From NCBI GenBank assembly GCA_051251855.1, contig JBPOGI010000003.1:128001-192000 (forward strand): DNA of 64,000 bases. The letters run 5' to 3'. The DNA comes from Roseibacillus sp. (GTDB lineage: Bacteria > Verrucomicrobiota > Verrucomicrobiia > Verrucomicrobiales > Akkermansiaceae). Of this stretch, positions 59,296-64,000 are shown in pieces (position 1 is the stretch's first letter; each line of letters opens with the position of its first letter). The position numbers were made by a program, and so were the translations under genes. The notes under the pieces were generated by a model, which saw only the letters and a list, made by a program, of their open reading frames with translations, searched no databases and was not told where the DNA came from.

Positions 59296-59729
59296 TTTGC
59301 TGGGGTGGGGACGTCTTTGAAGGTCGCTTGCACGGCAGCGAGGAAGGCTTCGGCGCTTTGGTAGGATTCGTTATGGGTTTCACTGCGTCCCGCAGCGCAA
59401 GCAGCATGGGCGTGAATGAGGTGAGTAAAGGCCACCTTCCAGTCGGGGGTAGAGGATTTGGCGAGAAAAAAGTTCTTCATTTTTTCGGCGTAGTTCCAAG
59501 CCGTTTCTCCGTGGACGAGGAGGGCGTGAACTTCAGCTAGAAGCATGGTCGGTCGGGCTTGGTGAAGCGCTGGGCCGACAGTCTGCCAGTGGTAAGCGGC
59601 AGTGTGAGCAGCGTTGAGCATTTCTTGGTCTTCAATGGTAGTGCGCTTTCTCACAGCAAGATCCTAAGCGCGGTTGTTAGCTGCGACCGCGTGAAATTGA
59701 TGATTTAGGTCTTTGGGGGAATCGGACAT
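59292..59729 (-). pseudogene. hypothetical gene interrupted by an in-frame TAG
   Basis: ATG 59729 overlaps the upstream stop (TAATG) and gives MSDSPKDLNHQFHAVAANNRA*DLAVRKRTTIEDQEMLNAAH; TAG at 59664-59666. Confidence 0.7.
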
Positions 59730-60742
59730 TACTTGAGCATGATCTCGAGGTGGTGGGCGGTGAGGTCGCCCATGGTCTTGCAGTGAGAGAGGTCTTCTCC
59801 AGGGTAATACTTATCAAGCTCCTTGCGCAGGGTCTGGACGTGTTCCTCTGGGGATAGGGTGTCCTTCTTCATGACGGAAAGGAGAGAGCTCAGGCGGATG
59901 CGCTCAACCTTAGCGCGTCGAGCCATTTGAGCGCGCTCTTCCTCTACGTATTGCTCGATGGTTTTGCGGTTGAGGGCGCGGAAGGCGAGGCGAGTAATGG
60001 CCTTGTTAGAGTCGAAGTGATAGGAAAGGTAGGTTTTGCTTTTTCCTTCGTAGCATTGTTGATCAAAGTCGATAGGGCGGACACGGTATTGGATTTCCTC
60101 GAAGTCGGGGGTGATGTCGACGACGTAGTTGACGGAGCGCATATCACCTAACAAGCGAATGAAGCATCGTTCGTTAAACTTGGTAAATTCTTTAGCGATG
60201 CGGATTTTGTTGAGGTCCTTGCGGTCGAGATAGTCGCGGAGAAAGACGTCGCCGGGGACTCCGGCGATGTGCTCTTCGATGAGGGTGTTGCCATTGACGA
60301 GGTAGTTGAGGCGATTGGGTGAGAGAAGGTGTTCGAGCTCCAAACCGTAGACCCGTGAGGCATCGGCAGTCTTCACGTAGTAGTAGTCAGAGTTGCCGTT
60401 GAAGAGGTTCTTGATACAGACGCGGAAGGGACGGGAATTGCCAAAGGAGCCAAAGTCGATGCGATCGACGGTGAGGTGTTCGGCCATCTTGAGGTCGCCA
60501 CCGATTTTCAGAGTAGCATAGATGCCGGTGAGTTTTGGGACAAGTTCCTCCATCACTTCGGGAGGATACATCACGGTCATCCAAAGAGTTTCCTCGCCGA
60601 GAGGGTTGACGTAGCCGACCGACCCAGTGAAACGATGAAGCTCGTCGTAAACGAGTGGGATGTCCGATTGGCGGCCAAAGTGATAGAGATATTGCCGCAG
60701 GGAAGAGGAGAGAGGGTAGAGGGTCTTGCGGCGAGAAATCAT
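59729..60742 (-). CDS. conserved hypothetical protein, possible atypical kinase fold
   Basis: 337 aa; FGNSRPF, YYVK, LLGDMRSVNY, IDFD motifs. Confidence 0.8.
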   Translation of the reverse strand: MISRRKTLYPLSSSLRQYLYHFGRQSDIPLVYDELHRFTGSVGYVNPLGEETLWMTVMYPPEVMEELVPKLTGIYATLKIGGDLKMAEHLTVDRIDFGSFGNSRPFRVCIKNLFNGNSDYYYVKTADASRVYGLELEHLLSPNRLNYLVNGNTLIEEHIAGVPGDVFLRDYLDRKDLNKIRIAKEFTKFNERCFIRLLGDMRSVNYVVDITPDFEEIQYRVRPIDFDQQCYEGKSKTYLSYHFDSNKAITRLAFRALNRKTIEQYVEEERAQMARRAKVERIRLSSLLSVMKKDTLSPEEHVQTLRKELDKYYPGEDLSHCKTMGDLTAHHLEIMLK

Positions 60743-60837
60743 GTGGAGAGGTAGGGTGAATGGACGCTGCCAGTGTGGCGTAGAAATTAAGTGTTCAAAA
60801 ACTCAAAAACCAAAGTTTTACCGTAATCTAGTGGAGC

Positions 60838-61281
60838 TTAGTCCCGATGATAAGGAGTGCCGGCGTGGATGGTGGCGACGCGGTAGAGCTGTTCGGCGAG
60901 GAAGAGGGTGGCGAGTTCGTGTTGGAGGACGAGATTGGAGAGGGAAAGGACGTAGTCGGCAGCTTCGCGGGTGGCGGGGAGGTGTCCGTCAGAATGGCCG
61001 ATGAGGTAGGTGATTTCTTTGATGTCGGGCCGTTCCTTCCACGTCGTCATTTGGTCGGCAAATTGGCGGGTCGTGGGGATTTTGCCTCTTTCGTCCAAAA
61101 CGATGCGAAAGGATCCTTTGGAGGCCTCCAAAAGGCGCTGGGAGACGACTTCAGCGGGGCCATCTTTGAGGATTTCGAGAGAAAATTTCCCGTGGCGCTT
61201 GAGTCTGCGGAGATATTCCTCAATGCCGGACTTGGCGAAGGAGAGGGCGGGTTTGCCGACGACGATGATGCGATGAGTCAC
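60838..61281 (-). CDS. rlmH: 23S rRNA m3-pseudouridine-1915 methyltransferase
   Basis: VVGK, LDERGK, IGHSDGH, HELATLFLAEQLYR...GTPYHR. Confidence 0.93.
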   Translation of the reverse strand: MTHRIIVVGKPALSFAKSGIEEYLRRLKRHGKFSLEILKDGPAEVVSQRLLEASKGSFRIVLDERGKIPTTRQFADQMTTWKERPDIKEITYLIGHSDGHLPATREAADYVLSLSNLVLQHELATLFLAEQLYRVATIHAGTPYHRD

Positions 61282-61392
61282 TTATGTGGAGAGTGCCGTC
61301 AAATTTCCCCCTTTCCAAGAGTAAGGTTGAGTCGCTAGAGTTTGCGACTCTCAGCGTCAGCTCGTTGGGAGCAAGTAACACAGAACACACTT

Positions 61393-63000
61393 ATGCTTAC
61401 GATCATATCCTTCATTGCCTTCACCGCGTTTGCGGCCGGTCTGACTTGGTGGATCACACGAAAAGACCGGACCGATAGCTCGGACGGGTTCTTTTTGGGT
61501 GGCCGCAGTTTGACTTTTCCCATTATTGCGGGCTCTTTGCTTCTGACGAACCTTTCTACCGAGCAGATGGTGGGGCTGAATGGCTCCGCTTACAAAAATG
61601 GCTTTAGTGTAATGGCTTGGGAAGTGGTCGCGGTCATCGCGCTCGTGCTGATGGCCATTTTCTTCCTGCCGAAGTTTCTTCGCACGGGGATCACGACGGT
61701 GCCGCAGTTTCTTGAGCAACGCTTCGATAAGCGGACTCAAACGCTTGCCAACTCTATCTTCCTGGCCGCCTATGCCTTGTTGCTCATTCCCATCATTCTT
61801 TATAGTGGTGCGAAGGGACTCATCAATATCATGGACTTGAAGACCATGACGGGTATTGAGAACGATTATACCTTGTTGCAGATCGCCTGTGTGGGCATCG
61901 GCATCGCGGGAATGCTTTACTCACGTTTCGGCGGATTGAGAACTCTTGCAGTTCTCGACACCATTAATGGAATCGGACTCTTGATTGGTGGCTTCATGAT
62001 TGCTTGGTTTGCTCTCGCTTTCCTTGGCGGCGATGGTGGAGTTTCGGGTGGTTGGAATACTCTTAAGACGGTGCACCCTGAGCGAATGGACTCCACGGGT
62101 GAGTCTGGTTCGGAAGTGCCATTTGCGACGCTCTTTACGGGAGTAGCTCTTCTCAACCTCTTCTACTGGTGCACCAACCAGCAGATTATTCAGCGGACCT
62201 TTGGTGCCAGTTCGTTGGCCGAAGGACAGAAGGGTGTTCTTCTCACCGGTGCGCTTAAGCTTCTGGGGCCGGTTTACCTCGTTCTCCCGGGTCTGATTGC
62301 CTATCACCTCTATTTTGACCAAGGAGTGGCCAACGACGATGCCTACGGAAAATTGGTGGCCGACGTGCTTCCCTCACACCTTACTGGATTCTTTGCTGCG
62401 GTAATGGTGGGAGCGATTTTGAGCTCATTTAACGCAGCCTTGAATTCGACCTCCGCGCTGTTCTCGATTGGTCTTTACAAGCACATGATCAATCCGGGCG
62501 CGGATGATGAGAAGACGGTGAAGACTGCGAAACTGTTCGTCACGGTGATTGCCATTGCGGCGATGTTTGGAGCTCCTCTGCTTTCGAAGACAGGAAGTCT
62601 CTTTAGCTATTTGCAGACGATGAACGCCATCTACTTCATCCCAATTTTTGCGGTGGTGGTAATGGGAATGCTCAACAAGCGTGTTCCTTCCAAGTCGGCT
62701 TTTGTGGCCATGATTGTGGGTCTCGTGATTTTGATTGCGACCCTGATTGTCTACCCTGCGGCCAATGGGGGAGATGGTTTTGATAATGTGACTGGCTTCA
62801 GTAATTTCCACCTGATGGGAATCGTGTTTGCACTCCTTGTTACGATTATGTTCATCGCTTCGAAGGTGGCTCCACGAGCGGAGGCTTGGGAGATGAAGAC
62901 AAATACGCCGATTGATATGACTCCTTGGAAGGGTGCTCCGATTGTGAGTGGTATCCTCGTGGTAGTGGTGTTGATTGTTTACATCTCGTTCCACCAGTAG
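61393..63000 (+). CDS. solute:sodium symporter (SSS, YidK-like)
   Basis: FFLGGRSL, SLLLTNLSTEQMVGLNG, YWCTNQQIIQR. Confidence 0.93.
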   Translation: MLTIISFIAFTAFAAGLTWWITRKDRTDSSDGFFLGGRSLTFPIIAGSLLLTNLSTEQMVGLNGSAYKNGFSVMAWEVVAVIALVLMAIFFLPKFLRTGITTVPQFLEQRFDKRTQTLANSIFLAAYALLLIPIILYSGAKGLINIMDLKTMTGIENDYTLLQIACVGIGIAGMLYSRFGGLRTLAVLDTINGIGLLIGGFMIAWFALAFLGGDGGVSGGWNTLKTVHPERMDSTGESGSEVPFATLFTGVALLNLFYWCTNQQIIQRTFGASSLAEGQKGVLLTGALKLLGPVYLVLPGLIAYHLYFDQGVANDDAYGKLVADVLPSHLTGFFAAVMVGAILSSFNAALNSTSALFSIGLYKHMINPGADDEKTVKTAKLFVTVIAIAAMFGAPLLSKTGSLFSYLQTMNAIYFIPIFAVVVMGMLNKRVPSKSAFVAMIVGLVILIATLIVYPAANGGDGFDNVTGFSNFHLMGIVFALLVTIMFIASKVAPRAEAWEMKTNTPIDMTPWKGAPIVSGILVVVVLIVYISFHQ

Positions 63001-63026
63001 GGAGAGTTTCCTAGCAAACGTTTTTC

Positions 63027-63058
63027 AAAACCTCGCTCTGAAAAGGGCGGGGTTTTTT
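63027..63058 (+). terminator. intrinsic terminator
   Basis: AAAACCTCGCTCT-GAAA-AGGGCGGGGTTTTTT hairpin with a T tract after the SSS stop. Confidence 0.75.
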
Positions 63059-63071
63059 GTTTAGTGGGGCA

Positions 63072-63136
63072 ATGGAGCGGCGGCTTTTATTGCCGCCGAC
63101 GGTTGTAGTGTGCGGCAGTAAAGGCCGCCCCTCCAT
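63072..63136. repeat. REP-like palindromic element, copy 1
   Basis: GGAGCGGCGGCTTTTATTGCCGC ... GCGGCAGTAAAGGCCGCCCCTCC long imperfect inverted repeat. Confidence 0.8.
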
Positions 63137-63263
63137 GGAGATGAGGAGGATGTCTCGGCTGCAGCTAAAGTATCGGAGGTTAAGGAATGTAAGCTGTTCC
63201 CTAGGTTTCTTTAGGGATGAAAGAAGTTCTGGCAGAAAATTCTGTCTCTGGCGTTTTGAGATT

Positions 63264-63650
63264 ATGAAACTCAGCGTTATGTTGCTTTCCGTCTTCACTC
63301 TTGGGGACGGTTCATTCTGTGGTTGTCAGGGGACTGCAACTGTCAGCGATATGTCCCACATGATGGTGATTGGAGCCTCTACGAAAGTAAGAGAATATGA
63401 GATGTTGTATGGAGAGCTTCCGCCGATGGAGGAGGGGTTGAATGCTTTGGTCACAAGACCAAAGGCTCTTGCTGAGGGCGCTCATTGGGCGCAACTTTAC
63501 GATGAAGTGCCTATGGACCCGTGGGACAATCCGATCTTTTACTTTATCGACGACGAGCTTCCCAATGGATTTGGGGTCTATAGTTGTGGGCCTGATGGAA
63601 TTTCTAAGTCAGAAGGCAATGATCCCGATGATATCAATAGCTGGGATTGA
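63264..63650 (+). CDS. GspG-like (T2SSG) domain protein without a canonical prepilin signal
   Basis: EEGLNALVTRP, DPWDNP, YSCGPDG...DDINSW; no GFTL.E motif. Confidence 0.7.
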   Translation: MKLSVMLLSVFTLGDGSFCGCQGTATVSDMSHMMVIGASTKVREYEMLYGELPPMEEGLNALVTRPKALAEGAHWAQLYDEVPMDPWDNPIFYFIDDELPNGFGVYSCGPDGISKSEGNDPDDINSWD

Positions 63651-63665
63651 GATGGCTTGAGAGAA

Positions 63666-63728
63666 ATGGAGCGGCGGCTTTCATTGCCGCCGTCGGTTTT
63701 AGTGGGCGGCAGTAAAGGCCACCCCTCC
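63666..63728. repeat. REP-like palindromic element, copy 2
   Basis: Near-identical direct copy of 63072-63134. Confidence 0.8.
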
Positions 63729-64000
63729 GGAGGTGAGAATGACTTCGGGGGTGAGGGGTGAGGGGATGTCGGTGTTGTTGCAGAGGGCGTCGCGGAGGGC
63801 TTCGCGGACGGAGATGGCGAGCATGAGGGGTGGCTCGCCGACGGCTTTGGAGCCATGGATGGTGCTGTCTTGCGCGGCGTCGGTGAGGAGGTTGACGCGG
63901 AAGTCGAGGGGGGCGTCGGAGAAGGCGGGGATGGCGTAGGTGCTGGCGCTGTGGGTGAGGAGGACGCCGTCGTCATTCCATTGCAGGTCTTCGCTGGTTA
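63699..64000 (-). CDS. xdhB: xanthine dehydrogenase molybdopterin-binding subunit, 3' end (partial)
   Basis: Manual translation TSEDLQWNDDGVLLTHSASTYAIP...IHGSKAVGEPPLMLAISVREALRDA...TPE...*; stop at 63699-63701. Confidence 0.88.
   Translation of the reverse strand, partial: TSEDLQWNDDGVLLTHSASTYAIPAFSDAPLDFRVNLLTDAAQDSTIHGSKAVGEPPLMLAISVREALRDALCNNTDIPSPLTPEVILTSGGVAFTAAH

Noticed and set aside
59664..59666. Pyrrolysine or amber recoding
   Set aside because: TAG terminates many genuine genes here (ureB, galE, rph) and no pyl genes are visible
63057..63263. N-terminal extension of the GspG-like ORF
   Set aside because: It runs through the terminator tail and REP-like hairpin, so it is unlikely to be coding

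Overview
Chromosomal window from a bacterium that is probably verrucomicrobial, inferred from its gene content (Verru_Chthon-type pseudopilin genes, split nuo genes, family-typical palindromic repeats). It contains a urease operon (partial ureB, then ureC-E-F-G-D and a His-motif miniprotein) and housekeeping genes (dusB, galE, nuoBC, rph, argH, recQ, tmk, rlmH, 3' end of xdhB). Two accessory systems stand out. (1) 19.0-25.4 kb: a SAM-methyltransferase, a membrane HK-REC-HK double kinase, a REC protein with no DNA-binding domain and an EthD protein, divergent from a stand-alone AraC HTH gene. This resembles the Ralstonia phcB-S-R-Q methyl-ester quorum-sensing module. (2) 29.3-46.6 kb: a beta-1,3-glucan (laminarin-type) locus with no SusC/D or TonB receptor: LacI, GPH transporter, GH149-like phosphorylase, mutarotase-like protein, GH81, and two paralogous multimodular GH30-like enzymes. 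A repeated AT-centred palindromic operator candidate lies upstream of its units. Also present: two nonsense-broken pseudogenes, two degenerate attC-like sites, paired REP-like hairpins and a shared C-terminal motif on three secreted proteins. No rRNA, tRNA, CRISPR array or transposase was recognised. All family calls come from motif recognition by eye, not database searches.
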